The notes under the pieces were generated by a model that was not told where the DNA came from, ran no database searches, and worked only from the letters and a program-made list of their open reading frames with translations. Positions 1 to 16,359 of a DNA stretch of 23,456 nt are shown here, one piece after another (position 1 is the first letter of the stretch; every line of letters begins with the position of its first letter). Source of the DNA: a virus; the UHGV virus genome UHGV-0795592; one strand, 5' to 3'. A program made the position numbers and the translations under genes.

Positions 1-141
1 CAATACTTTCGGTACGGGGTTTAATTCCGTGTCTGTGTACACAAAGTCTTCGACGGTCTCAACACCGTTCTCACGCCTGATATCGTAATCGGTGGTTTTT
101 ACAGCGCGCATGTCGATGCGTTTTAAACTGTTGATGACTTC

Positions 142-170
142 CCACTTAATATTGATACATACTTCCAAGC
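142..170 (+). promoter_or_regulatory. candidate sigma70-like promoter upstream of the tail module
   Basis: -35 TTGATA at 142-147, 17-bp spacer, -10 TATGGT at 165-170, about 100 nt upstream of the ATG at 273. Motif match only. Confidence 0.25.
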
Positions 171-272
171 AAACTATGGTGAATTTATTGATTACTTAGC
201 ATTTGCGCTGGAGGCAAATTTCGGAAGTTTTTTCGAAGCAAGCATTTTCAAAAGCCTAACTTCTCAGTAAAC

Positions 273-512
273 ATGGGTAACACTCTACAGACACCACTGA
301 CTGATGCTGCTGTAGAGGCAACCTATGAAGAAGCAGACGAGATGAAATTTGTGCTTGCTATTTATGGTATGGAAGGGTGTAAAGAAACACTTGACCAACT
401 CTTTGCTATGACATTCTCTGATTTATTATCATTGAGACAATTTCTTGAAATTCAGAGGTCGTATAAAGAGGAAATTGCTTACAACGAACTTAGAAGAGCA
501 GGAAAAATGTAA
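273..512 (+). CDS. small protein in the tail assembly chaperone position (putative)
   Basis: ATG start, 79 aa, immediately upstream of the tape-measure-like gene. Stop overlaps the next ATG (TAATG). Call rests on position only. Confidence 0.4.
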   Translation: MGNTLQTPLTDAAVEATYEEADEMKFVLAIYGMEGCKETLDQLFAMTFSDLLSLRQFLEIQRSYKEEIAYNELRRAGKM

Positions 513-730
513 TGGCACAATATACAGTTGATAGCTTCATTGTGGAACTTGGTTTCAGTGAAAAGGTTGTTAAGGGCTTGCAAAGAGTTGAGAAAATGTC
601 TATGCAAGCTGCTCAGCGTATTGAGCGAAATATCAATAAAGCCTTTGATGTGAAGCCGAATAAAAGTTCTCAGGAAGCACTGAATAGAATTGTAAAAAAT
701 AGCTCAGTCTGCTTCGGGCAGAATCAATAA
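512..730 (+). CDS. second small ORF of the putative chaperone pair
   Basis: ATG at 512 overlaps the upstream stop. It lies in the -1 frame relative to 273-512, the arrangement seen in tail chaperone pairs. 72 aa. Confidence 0.35.
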   Translation: MAQYTVDSFIVELGFSEKVVKGLQRVEKMSMQAAQRIERNINKAFDVKPNKSSQEALNRIVKNSSVCFGQNQ

Positions 731-746
731 AGCACTCAACAGTTCC

Positions 747-8529
<7,783 letters not shown>

Positions 8530-8531
8530 TA

Positions 8532-9719
8532 ATGGCAGTAGGTGAAATTCAAATTAGTGCCTTGCCTCAAGCAGCCTTACCAATTGACCTTAGTGATATC
8601 TTCCATCTTAAGCAGGGTATTGAGGATAAGAGATGTACTCTTGAGCAATTACTTGCTCCACACTCAAGCCTAAAAAATAACCCTCATGGTGTTACTAAGA
8701 CACAAATTGGTTTAGATAATGTTATTAATGCTCTTCAGTTAGTTGCTGCAAATAACTTATCAGATATTGTTAATGTAGCTGAGGCAAGAGCAAATCTACA
8801 GATTATGTCTTCAGAAGAGGTTAATAACCTTGTTCAGCAACATATTAAGGACAAGAGTAACCCACACAATACAACTAAGGCACAGGTTGGTTTAAGTAAT
8901 GTCCAGAACTGGACAACATCTAATCTGTATAACGAAGATGCAGATAAGTATGCTACAGCAAGAGCAGTAAATAACTTGTACAAGGCTGTTCAGGCTTCTT
9001 ATCCAGTAGGTACTATCCATCTTTCTATGAACTCTGCAAATCCTTCTACATACTTAATTTGTGGAGGTACTTGGGAGTTAGTTTCAAAAGGTAGGGCATT
9101 GGTTGGTTATGACTCTGATACAAGGCCAGCAGGTTCTGTATTTGGTGCTTCAACTGTCACTTTGTCAGTTAATAATATGCCTCAACACTCACACTCTGTG
9201 TCTCTCAGTGGTGGTGGTCACACTCATAATGCAACTGTTTCAATCTCAGCTTTTGACTATGGAACTAAGACTACCAACTCTTTTGACTATGGAACAAAGA
9301 CCACTAACACAACTGGTAACCACAATCACGTTGGTAGTGGGTCAACAAGTGCTGCTGGTGCTCACAACCACAGATTGACTTATGAAGCAGGTGGTGGTCT
9401 GTCGGAAAGACCTGCAATGGTTTGGTCTACAAGGAATGACCAATCGTGGTACTCAGCAGATGCTGTCTGCGAAGTCGCTGGTTCGCACACCCACTCTTTT
9501 AGCGTTACCACTAACACAACCGGTAACCACAATCACACAGTGGGTATTGGTGCTCATAGCCATACAGTTGGTATTGGTTCACATACACACAACGGTACTG
9601 TGACAGTTTCTTCTTCTGAGCATACACATAGCGGAAACACTAACAGTGTTGGTGGTGGACAAGCTTTCAACATTGAGCAGCCATCATTCGTACTGTATGT
9701 ATGGCAGAGAACAGCTTAA
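8532..9719 (+). CDS. tail fibre protein (receptor-binding), short paralogue
   Basis: 395 aa, Shine-Dalgarno AGGAG. Two copies of a fibre-repeat-like motif (NPH..TK.Q.GL.NV.N). Collar-like segment (YPVGTIHLSMNSANPSTYLICGGTWEL). C-terminal His-x-His array (QHSHS, GGHTHN, GNHNH, GAHNH, GSHTHS, GAHSHTVGIGSHTHN, EHTHS). Confidence 0.8.
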   Translation: MAVGEIQISALPQAALPIDLSDIFHLKQGIEDKRCTLEQLLAPHSSLKNNPHGVTKTQIGLDNVINALQLVAANNLSDIVNVAEARANLQIMSSEEVNNLVQQHIKDKSNPHNTTKAQVGLSNVQNWTTSNLYNEDADKYATARAVNNLYKAVQASYPVGTIHLSMNSANPSTYLICGGTWELVSKGRALVGYDSDTRPAGSVFGASTVTLSVNNMPQHSHSVSLSGGGHTHNATVSISAFDYGTKTTNSFDYGTKTTNTTGNHNHVGSGSTSAAGAHNHRLTYEAGGGLSERPAMVWSTRNDQSWYSADAVCEVAGSHTHSFSVTTNTTGNHNHTVGIGAHSHTVGIGSHTHNGTVTVSSSEHTHSGNTNSVGGGQAFNIEQPSFVLYVWQRTA

Positions 9720-9728
9720 TTTCTTTAC

Positions 9729-9751
9729 AGGGGCTTTATAGCCCCTTTTAA
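9729..9751 (+). terminator. weak intrinsic terminator or attenuator between the two tail-fibre genes
   Basis: Hairpin AGGGGCT-TTAT-AGCCCCT (9729-9746) followed by TTTTA. The T-run is short, so readthrough is likely. Confidence 0.4.
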
Positions 9752-9765
9752 GAGGAAAATTTATA

Positions 9766-12150
9766 ATGGCAGATTACAAGTTGAGTGAATTAAACTCAAT
9801 CGACACAATCCGTTCAGATGACCTTCTTCATGTCAGAGTTAAAAAGAGACCTGAAATGCTGGGTGATGAAGACCGTCGAATGACCTATCAAGACTTCTTA
9901 GCATCTTTTAAACTTGAGAGATTTGTTCAGATTGCTGGTAGCACTATGGCAGGTGACTTAGGAATTGTTAAGTTACTTTATGGTGGTAAGACAGTATTTG
10001 ACCCAACAGGCTCTTCTGAGATTAATATCGGAGATGTTTTAAAGTCTTTTAAAATCAACTCAAATGGTCTTAAGCTAACTATTGCAGATGCTTCAAGGTC
10101 AGCAACTGTTTACCATACTCTGAATAAACCAAGTCCTAATGAACTTGGGATGAGAACTAATGAAGAGAATGATGCAAGATATGCAAGATTAGCTGTAAAT
10201 AACACATTTAGAGGTACTCAAGCTATCCTCTCTGATAATGAAGCTCTTATTGTTAAGAACATTACACAAGGAATGCCGCTATATATTCGTGGTCAAGATG
10301 CAGACGGTACTAACAGGTGGTATCTAGGTAATGATAATAAAGGCACAGACAACCTTGTGTTAAAGAATGTCAAGACTGACGTTTCAATTGCTATTTTGGG
10401 AAATTTAGTAACAGTCAACAGGACTCTTCAAATTGCTGGTCAAGTTCAGCCATCAAGTTTTGCTAACTTGGATGCTAGATATTTTACTCAAACAGAAGCT
10501 AACCAGAGATTTGCACAGTTAGCTGGTAATAACACATTTAGTGGCTCTAATATTTTCACTAATTTTGTTGTTAAGAAGAATGCTAATGCTATTACTCTGC
10601 AAAATGTAGATACAACTGCTGCTTTGTATATCCGAGCAAGAAAATCAGATGGAACTAATAAGTGGTACATTGGTAATGACGGTGATGAGAACATTGTAAA
10701 CATCTATAACTATTTAGCAAGAACACAAATCTCACTAGGTAACACCATTACCATGAGCAGAACAGTCCAAATTGGTGGTCAAGTTCAACCTTCAGATTGG
10801 GCTAACATTGACTCTAGATACATCCCAGCCGCAACTTTGAGTAACCTACCTAAACTTAATGTTGCTAACACATTTGTGAATGTGCAAACTATTGTATCAA
10901 ATAATGAAGGCGTAGTATTAAGGAACTTAACACAGGGGCAGCCACAATATATCCGTGGTGTTGATACTGCGAATGTATCTAGATGGTGGGTAGGTGTGGG
11001 TGGCACAAATTCTACTGATGTAGCCTTAAACAATAGTTTCTCTGGCACTCAAATTACTCTTGGGACTTCAGTGATTAAGGCTAATAAGAATCTAACCATT
11101 ACTGGTCAAGTTCAGCCATCTGATTGGTCTAACTTAGATGCTAGATACTTTGTTAAGACTCAGTTATTAAATCAATCCTTGATGACTGTATCTGTAGATA
11201 ATCTTGAAAACCCTTCAGCATTTAATCTTGGGTATTCAGGTTTTGTCAGAAACAACAGTGTGACTAGTGGTCTGAAAGAGTTGGCAATTCATGTTGCTCA
11301 CTCTAATAAGTCTGCTGCACATGCAAGGGGTATCTCTTTTGTATACGGTTCAAATGGTTTGGCAACATTCACCTATGCCTATGACAAAAATGGTGACTAT
11401 GCCGGAGAGGCACAGCTTTACACAACTGATTTTAAACCAACCCCTTCAGATATCGGTGCATACACTAAAGCTGAGACTGACCAGAAGATTGCACAGGCAG
11501 TAAGTGACTCTACAGACCTTAATAAAATCTACCCAGTTGGTATTGTAACGTGGTTTAACAGTAATGTTAACCCTAATACAGCACTTCCTGGTCTAACTTG
11601 GACATACCTGAACAATGGTGTTGGTAGAACTATCAGAATCGCAGCAGCAAATGGTTCAGATGTTGCTACAACTGGTGGTTCAGATTCTGTAACGTTAGCT
11701 GTTGGTAACTTACCATCACACACTCACAGTTTCTCTGCTACCACTTCATCTTTTGATTATGGTACGAAGGGTACTAATAGCACTGGTGGTCATACTCACT
11801 CTGTAAGTGGTACAACAAGTGCTGCTGGTAACCACGCTCACCACTTAGGTCTGCTATTGGTTAATGGTGGTGATGCTCAGTACGGATATACCACTATTGG
11901 TAACAATAAGACAAGAACTCTTGACTGGCTTGACAGAACTGATAACAAGTTCCCTAACACTAACACAACTGGTAACCATACACACACATGGTCTGGTACT
12001 ACAAGTGGTGCTGGTAACCATTCCCACTCTGTAGGCATTGGTGCTCACAGCCACACAGTTAGTGGTAATACTGGTAGTACAGGTTCTGGTTCGGCATTTA
12101 GTGTTACTAACCAGTTCTACAAGTTAATGGCTTGGGTAAGAACTGCTTAA
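9766..12150 (+). CDS. tail fibre protein (receptor-binding), long paralogue
   Basis: 794 aa, Shine-Dalgarno AGAGGAA. Three tandem repeats of about 105 aa. Collar-like segment ([27 protein letters not shown]). C-terminal His-x-His array (PSHTHS, GGHTHS, GNHAHH, GNHTHT, GNHSHS, GAHSHT) and the same FDYGTK motif as the 395-aa fibre. Confidence 0.8.
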   Translation: MADYKLSELNSIDTIRSDDLLHVRVKKRPEMLGDEDRRMTYQDFLASFKLERFVQIAGSTMAGDLGIVKLLYGGKTVFDPTGSSEINIGDVLKSFKINSNGLKLTIADASRSATVYHTLNKPSPNELGMRTNEENDARYARLAVNNTFRGTQAILSDNEALIVKNITQGMPLYIRGQDADGTNRWYLGNDNKGTDNLVLKNVKTDVSIAILGNLVTVNRTLQIAGQVQPSSFANLDARYFTQTEANQRFAQLAGNNTFSGSNIFTNFVVKKNANAITLQNVDTTAALYIRARKSDGTNKWYIGNDGDENIVNIYNYLARTQISLGNTITMSRTVQIGGQVQPSDWANIDSRYIPAATLSNLPKLNVANTFVNVQTIVSNNEGVVLRNLTQGQPQYIRGVDTANVSRWWVGVGGTNSTDVALNNSFSGTQITLGTSVIKANKNLTITGQVQPSDWSNLDARYFVKTQLLNQSLMTVSVDNLENPSAFNLGYSGFVRNNSVTSGLKELAIHVAHSNKSAAHARGISFVYGSNGLATFTYAYDKNGDYAGEAQLYTTDFKPTPSDIGAYTKAETDQKIAQAVSDSTDLNKIYPVGIVTWFNSNVNPNTALPGLTWTYLNNGVGRTIRIAAANGSDVATTGGSDSVTLAVGNLPSHTHSFSATTSSFDYGTKGTNSTGGHTHSVSGTTSAAGNHAHHLGLLLVNGGDAQYGYTTIGNNKTRTLDWLDRTDNKFPNTNTTGNHTHTWSGTTSGAGNHSHSVGIGAHSHTVSGNTGSTGSGSAFSVTNQFYKLMAWVRTA
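10186..11152 (+). repeat. three in-frame tandem repeats (about 105 codons each) inside the long tail-fibre gene
   Basis: Each protein repeat has the form NNTF.G…N.TQG.P.YIRG.D..GTN.WY.GND…RTLQI.GQVQPS.(F/W).N.D.RY. Approximate repeat starts are 10186, 10510 and 10849. Confidence 0.6.
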
Positions 12151-12156
12151 TCCCTT

Positions 12157-12211
12157 GTTGACTGATTGTTAAGATGGTGTTAATATTTTTTATGGGTATT
12201 CTCACCATCTT
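12157..12211 (+). promoter_or_regulatory. sigma70-like promoter with a 9-bp inverted repeat bracketing the -10
   Basis: -35 TTGACT (12157-12162), 17-bp spacer, -10 TAATAT (12181-12186). Perfect inverted repeat AAGATGGTG (12171-12179) / CACCATCTT (12203-12211). Shine-Dalgarno GAGGTGA before the ATG at 12230. Confidence 0.45.
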
Positions 12212-12229
12212 GGCTGATGAGGTGATTAA

Positions 12230-12427
12230 ATGCCTACAATCCTAGCAATTCTTCTAAAAAATCTAGGTAGCTTCTTCTGGAAACTCATTTTATCCCTTCT
12301 AAGTGAATACATGATTGAGAAAGTGTTCTTTAGGCTTGCAAGATACCTTGCGAGTAAAACAGACACACCTATTGATGATGAGTTCGTAGATAACTTAGAA
12401 AAAGCTTTTAAGGGGGAGAATAAATGA
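12230..12427 (+). CDS. small hydrophobic protein (lysis- or exclusion-associated candidate)
   Basis: 65 aa with an N-terminal hydrophobic/amphipathic segment (ILAILLKNLGSFFWKLILSLL) and a charged C-terminus. Stop overlaps the next ATG (ATGA). Confidence 0.4.
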   Translation: MPTILAILLKNLGSFFWKLILSLLSEYMIEKVFFRLARYLASKTDTPIDDEFVDNLEKAFKGENK

Positions 12428-12795
12428 AGTGGCTAGAGGAAGCTTTTAAAAATAATATTGGTGCAATTGTAGTTGGTATTTTTAGTGTTATTGGTATGTA
12501 TACCACCATGCAAGTCTCGGATGGTAAGCAAGAAGTGTCTATCACAACAAAGTTACAGCAGTTAGATAATTATTCCAAAAGTAATTATTCAGCTATTCGT
12601 GATTTACAGTCTGATATGAGGCTGCTTCAGCTAGGGATGGAGAACCAGAAAGTCCAGTTAGAGAATGTTAAGGGTGAGAACGCAAAACTTACTAAGACTC
12701 TTGATAAATTCTCTGATAGTGTGAACAATCTGGCTCAATCAGTATCAGCCCTCCAAGCTATTACTGAAAAGAACACAAAGAATACTGAAAAGTAA
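12424..12795 (+). CDS. single-pass membrane protein with a coiled-coil C-terminal domain (holin/spanin-like candidate)
   Basis: 123 aa, Shine-Dalgarno GGGGGAG. N-terminal transmembrane segment (IGAIVVGIFSVIGMYTTM) followed by a heptad-like, Q/L/K-rich domain. Located just downstream of the tail fibres. Confidence 0.45.
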   Translation: MKWLEEAFKNNIGAIVVGIFSVIGMYTTMQVSDGKQEVSITTKLQQLDNYSKSNYSAIRDLQSDMRLLQLGMENQKVQLENVKGENAKLTKTLDKFSDSVNNLAQSVSALQAITEKNTKNTEK

Positions 12796-12800
12796 AGTTT

Positions 12801-12835
12801 AAGGCTCCTTTTTACGGGAGCCTTTTTTGTTTTAT
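12801..12835 (+). terminator. intrinsic terminator at the convergence point of the two modules
   Basis: Stem AAGGCTCC (12801-12808), loop of 8 nt, stem GGAGCCTT (12817-12824), then TTTTTGTTTT. It lies between the stop at 12795 (plus) and the thyA stop at 12832-12834 (minus). Confidence 0.6.
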
Positions 12836-13731
12836 TTACCTACTGACAAAGGTGCTTCAATCTTTCCTGCATGTTGGTAATTGTTAATACCACCGATAAA
12901 GTCACTTGCAGTGAGGTGTTTTAAGTCACTTAAAGTGTTAAGTGGGATACCAATCTCAAAAGTTGGTGCATGGAACTCTTCATTGTTCATCAGTTCATAA
13001 ACCTGCTTCATATGATTCTGATAAATCTGAGTATCCCCAAAGACACCTATCAAGTACCGTGGAGTGTATCCAGTCATCTTACAAAGAACTTCCAGAATAA
13101 AACCATAAGATGCAATATTAAACGGAAGTCCTAAAAAGGTGTCTACTGAACGCTGATACCATTGTAAGTCAACTTCACCCTCGTTAGTAATATAAATCTG
13201 AAACAGAACATGACAAGGTGCTAGAGCCATTGAGTTTGCTGCAATATCTGCTGCATTCCAAGCATTAACAAGCATGTAACGGTCTGTGATATCACCCTTC
13301 ATCTTCGTTACTAAGGTTTCTAACTGGTCTACAACACAACCATTATGACCTTCAAAGTTTCTCCACTGAACTCCGTAGATTCTCCCACCTGCATCCTCTA
13401 ACCAGTCTTGTTCAGAAGAATAATTAGAACTCAACCAGCGTTTAAAATCATCTGACCAGATAGTCCAGCGTTCCCCATCATTTTCACCCCAAGTACGGTA
13501 ACGAAGTTCACCAAGTTTATTCTCACCATTCAGGAACCATAAAGCTTCCCCAATAACTTGCCGTGTAAACACCTGTTTAGATGTTAAGAGTGGGAAACCA
13601 GTACGCATATCAAAACGAAATTGTGGTGGAGCAAATGCAGAGATAACATCTCCAGTTCGTGTAGTACGCAGTTCACCAACGGATAAAACATGGTTCAGGA
13701 TATTTTTGTAACTCAAATCAGCTTGTGACAT
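12832..13731 (-). CDS. thyA: thymidylate synthase
   Basis: 299 aa with canonical ThyA motifs: RTGTG-like N-terminus (RTTRTGD), catalytic ALAPCH, and DTFLGLPFNIASY. ATG start. Confidence 0.95.
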   Translation of the reverse strand: MSQADLSYKNILNHVLSVGELRTTRTGDVISAFAPPQFRFDMRTGFPLLTSKQVFTRQVIGEALWFLNGENKLGELRYRTWGENDGERWTIWSDDFKRWLSSNYSSEQDWLEDAGGRIYGVQWRNFEGHNGCVVDQLETLVTKMKGDITDRYMLVNAWNAADIAANSMALAPCHVLFQIYITNEGEVDLQWYQRSVDTFLGLPFNIASYGFILEVLCKMTGYTPRYLIGVFGDTQIYQNHMKQVYELMNNEEFHAPTFEIGIPLNTLSDLKHLTASDFIGGINNYQHAGKIEAPLSVGK

Positions 13732-13732
13732 A

Positions 13733-14278
13733 TCAAAAGTGGCCTTTTACTTGTGGAACATAGATTTCAAAGGTTGCTTTACCATCATCTGAGGGTCTTG
13801 ACTGCACCTTTGCAAATACACGGTTATCATACAGTTTATCGAAGAAGTTTTCAAAAGGTAAATACACAGTGACCTCTTCAGTAACTTTATGGAAAACTGT
13901 ATGGAACACTACATCAGCATACGGTAAAGCATTAACAAGAACACCTGCACCACCAATTACAAAGACATCTTCATCAATAGAGCTATCAAGATACTTCAAA
14001 AATGCTCCAAATGACTCTTTAGTGGCCTTAGCATACATTATATCATCTTTGCCAAAGTCTATGCCTAAATATGGTACAGAATTTGTTAAGATTAGGTTTG
14101 CACGTTCTGGTAAAGGTTTACTCCCCAGAGTCTTAAAAGTCTCATTACCCATCACTACTAAGTTGTTTTTAGTGAGCCTCTTAAACTCTTGCATATCCTG
14201 TTTATGTCGAGGCCACGGCATACCAGTTGGAGTACCAAATTCACCATTTTCACCACTTGCGAAGATTAATTTAATCAT
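13733..14278 (-). CDS. folA: dihydrofolate reductase
   Basis: 181 aa with DHFR hallmarks: GMPW near the N-terminus, VVMGNETFKTLGSKPLPERANLILT, and VIGGAGV. Its stop lies 1 nt before the thyA ATG (TGA-T-ATG). Confidence 0.9.
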   Translation of the reverse strand: MIKLIFASGENGEFGTPTGMPWPRHKQDMQEFKRLTKNNLVVMGNETFKTLGSKPLPERANLILTNSVPYLGIDFGKDDIMYAKATKESFGAFLKYLDSSIDEDVFVIGGAGVLVNALPYADVVFHTVFHKVTEEVTVYLPFENFFDKLYDNRVFAKVQSRPSDDGKATFEIYVPQVKGHF

Positions 14279-14535
14279 TTTATAAACCCTTTATTAATGA
14301 ACCAGTTGATAACACTCTTCACAGCTTTATTGCTGTGGTAGATTAAGTGTGGTGTAGGTTGGTATGAACCATAAGCCCAGAATGATAGATGCTCACCGCA
14401 ACCAACACATGTAGTACTCTCTTCAGCTATGTTACCATTAACAATCACATGAACTTCACCTTGCAAGTCTGTACATCCACAATGTGGGCATCGGATAGGT
14501 GTCCCATCAGACTCATAACAGTGTTCAATTTTCAT
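14275..14535 (-). CDS. zinc-ribbon protein, unknown function
   Basis: 86 aa with CPHCGC … CVGCGEH (two CxxC pairs). ATG with Shine-Dalgarno GAGGT. Stop overlaps the DHFR start (ATGA). Confidence 0.5.
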   Translation of the reverse strand: MKIEHCYESDGTPIRCPHCGCTDLQGEVHVIVNGNIAEESTTCVGCGEHLSFWAYGSYQPTPHLIYHSNKAVKSVINWFINKGFIK

Positions 14536-15051
14536 TTATTTAACCTCAAAAACTGGTTCAAGAACCAATATAAAGTCTACACAATCATCTTCTTCATCCA
14601 GAATACCATCAAAGTTCTTAGGAACGAAGTCGAAGAGGCTCATAACAAAGCAGTCAGAAGTAACTCTAATAGCGCCACCCATATTCTCTACAGTCAACAC
14701 TGTGCGGCTTTCTTTTACCTCTCTCAGAAGATTACTCACAAAGTCATCTAAGAAGTACTTCATCAGTGACTTAAAGCCTTTAGGGTAATCTGTACCAGAG
14801 TATGTTTCAATCTGAGGTACAAGCTTAACATTTATACTAGTCTTTGTTAAGAACACAGGAGAGAACATGCTATCAGGTAACTTACAAACAGTCTTTCCAG
14901 TACCTTCATGTTCAATCTCAACAAAACCAGCTTCGTCACCACATGTAACTATTTTAAAAGATGCTTCATTCTCATACTGTGAAGCCATAAACTTTTTAAG
15001 CATCACTTTAAGGAAGTCTGCATGAGTATCTTGTAAGTAGATATCAATCAT
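14536..15051 (-). CDS. hypothetical protein with an acidic C-terminus
   Basis: 171 aa, ATG with Shine-Dalgarno AGGTGA. C-terminus rich in D/E (DGILDEEDDCVDF). Tightly packed in the operon. Confidence 0.5.
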   Translation of the reverse strand: MIDIYLQDTHADFLKVMLKKFMASQYENEASFKIVTCGDEAGFVEIEHEGTGKTVCKLPDSMFSPVFLTKTSINVKLVPQIETYSGTDYPKGFKSLMKYFLDDFVSNLLREVKESRTVLTVENMGGAIRVTSDCFVMSLFDFVPKNFDGILDEEDDCVDFILVLEPVFEVK

Positions 15052-15064
15052 AGTTAATCACCTA

Positions 15065-15424
15065 TTATGGGAACAGACACTTAATGTCGTCGTTTTTGAA
15101 AACAAAACTTGTGTAGTTGTGACCATCAACATCCAACCAAACAGCCTGAACATCTACACCATCAAGGTTCTGGTAAAGCTCTTTGATGAAGTGGTCTTTC
15201 ACACTCTGGCTACTAGTTGTTTCCAGCTTAATGTTCGAGATTGCTGAGCCTACAGCCATATAGCCCATGACACGTTTCTTCTCAGTATGCTTAATCTTAC
15301 CATCTTTGTAAGCCATAATGAGATTGGAGAGAATCTTCACACCATAATACTTTTCAAGGTGAGTGGGTACACCATAAAAACCTAATGCGAAGTTTTCAGA
15401 GTGGATAATGTTTTCACGTTTCAT
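15065..15424 (-). CDS. hypothetical protein
   Basis: 119 aa, ATG start, 1-nt gap to the upstream gene stop. No recognisable motif. Confidence 0.45.
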   Translation of the reverse strand: MKRENIIHSENFALGFYGVPTHLEKYYGVKILSNLIMAYKDGKIKHTEKKRVMGYMAVGSAISNIKLETTSSQSVKDHFIKELYQNLDGVDVQAVWLDVDGHNYTSFVFKNDDIKCLFP

Positions 15425-15425
15425 A

Positions 15426-15725
15426 TTAATCTGCCAACCTTAAATTAAAATTAACACCAAATTTTTCACATACTTCCAACATATACTCAAGGGAAACATT
15501 CCCAGTGAGGTGGATTATGTTGGATACACGAGCCTGAGAGATACCACAAATTTTAGCAACTTGCTCTTGGGAAAGACCTCTGGATTTAATCTCTCTCTTA
15601 AAACGATGTGCAACGAAATCTCTCATTTCGTCTACATCCATTGGACAAATATAACTCTCCATTTCAGCCTCTCTATCAGCCTCCCAATCATCTTGTGGGG
15701 CATAAGGGTCAAAAGCTCCATTCAT
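15426..15725 (-). CDS. helix-turn-helix DNA-binding protein (XRE-like), putative regulator
   Basis: C-terminal HTH signature LSQEQVAKICGISQARVSNI; acidic N-terminal half. Start re-called to ATG at 15725 (MNGAFDPY…) with a purine-rich Shine-Dalgarno; the track start at 15755 is TTG. Confidence 0.6.
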   Translation of the reverse strand: MNGAFDPYAPQDDWEADREAEMESYICPMDVDEMRDFVAHRFKREIKSRGLSQEQVAKICGISQARVSNIIHLTGNVSLEYMLEVCEKFGVNFNLRLAD

Positions 15726-15930
15726 CTTTCTTCTTCCGTTTGCGTGAAGTGTCAATCAATGAATCTATGTTTGTAGCCCTAACCTTTTCACGTTCATCGT
15801 TAAGATAATCATCAAGAGCCTTTTCAATCTGTGAATCATCTTGACAGATAACTGTAAAGACTGTAAAGCCATCTGTATCATCAATTATCTTACCATAACC
15901 GCTTCTGGGATGTAACTTTTTAAGAGCCAT
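15709..15930 (-). CDS. hypothetical small protein
   Basis: 73 aa, ATG start, basic C-terminal tail (SRKRKKKDEW). Overlaps the HTH gene start by about 17 nt. Confidence 0.4.
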   Translation of the reverse strand: MALKKLHPRSGYGKIIDDTDGFTVFTVICQDDSQIEKALDDYLNDEREKVRATNIDSLIDTSRKRKKKDEWSF

Positions 15931-15931
15931 A

Positions 15932-16315
15932 TCAAATACCTGTGCAGCTTCTGTTTTCTAAGAAATACTCAACACCATACATAGCTTTTTGCATCAAATC
16001 TTCTTTAAACTGGATGCGATGGTTGAGCATAGATTGTACGTCAATGTCCTCATGGTGCTTCTCTTTAATATTTGCAGATTGCAGGAAATACTCTGCAAGA
16101 ACGCGATATTGATAGTCAGTTACCTTATCAGTCATCTCTGTTAAAGACTCTTCAGAGATTGGTTTAAGTAGCTCGCCATTAGCTAGAGCAACACCTTTAA
16201 CAATCTGACAAGTGTCTTCTGGAACACCTGATAAGTCCACATTTGGAAGTTCTGTTGCATTGACTGGTAAATTCATTGCCATAACCATTGCAGCAGCTAA
16301 TAAAATCTTTTTCAT
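15932..16315 (-). CDS. Sec-secreted (periplasmic) protein of unknown function
   Basis: 127 aa with a classic signal peptide, MKKILLAAAMVMAMNLPVNA then TELP. ATG with Shine-Dalgarno GAGGT. First gene downstream of repeat region A and its promoter. Confidence 0.55.
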   Translation of the reverse strand: MKKILLAAAMVMAMNLPVNATELPNVDLSGVPEDTCQIVKGVALANGELLKPISEESLTEMTDKVTDYQYRVLAEYFLQSANIKEKHHEDIDVQSMLNHRIQFKEDLMQKAMYGVEYFLENRSCTGI

Positions 16316-16359
16316 AATGACCTCAAAGTTATATTAAATTTTGTATTACATTGAGTGTA

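Noticed and set aside
9103-9603. Plus-strand ORFs 9103-9378 and 9382-9603 inside the short tail-fibre gene
   Set aside because: They are alternative frames of the His-x-His coding repeats, giving low-complexity translations rich in L/Q/T/V with no Shine-Dalgarno. The fibre frame is continuous and motif-bearing.
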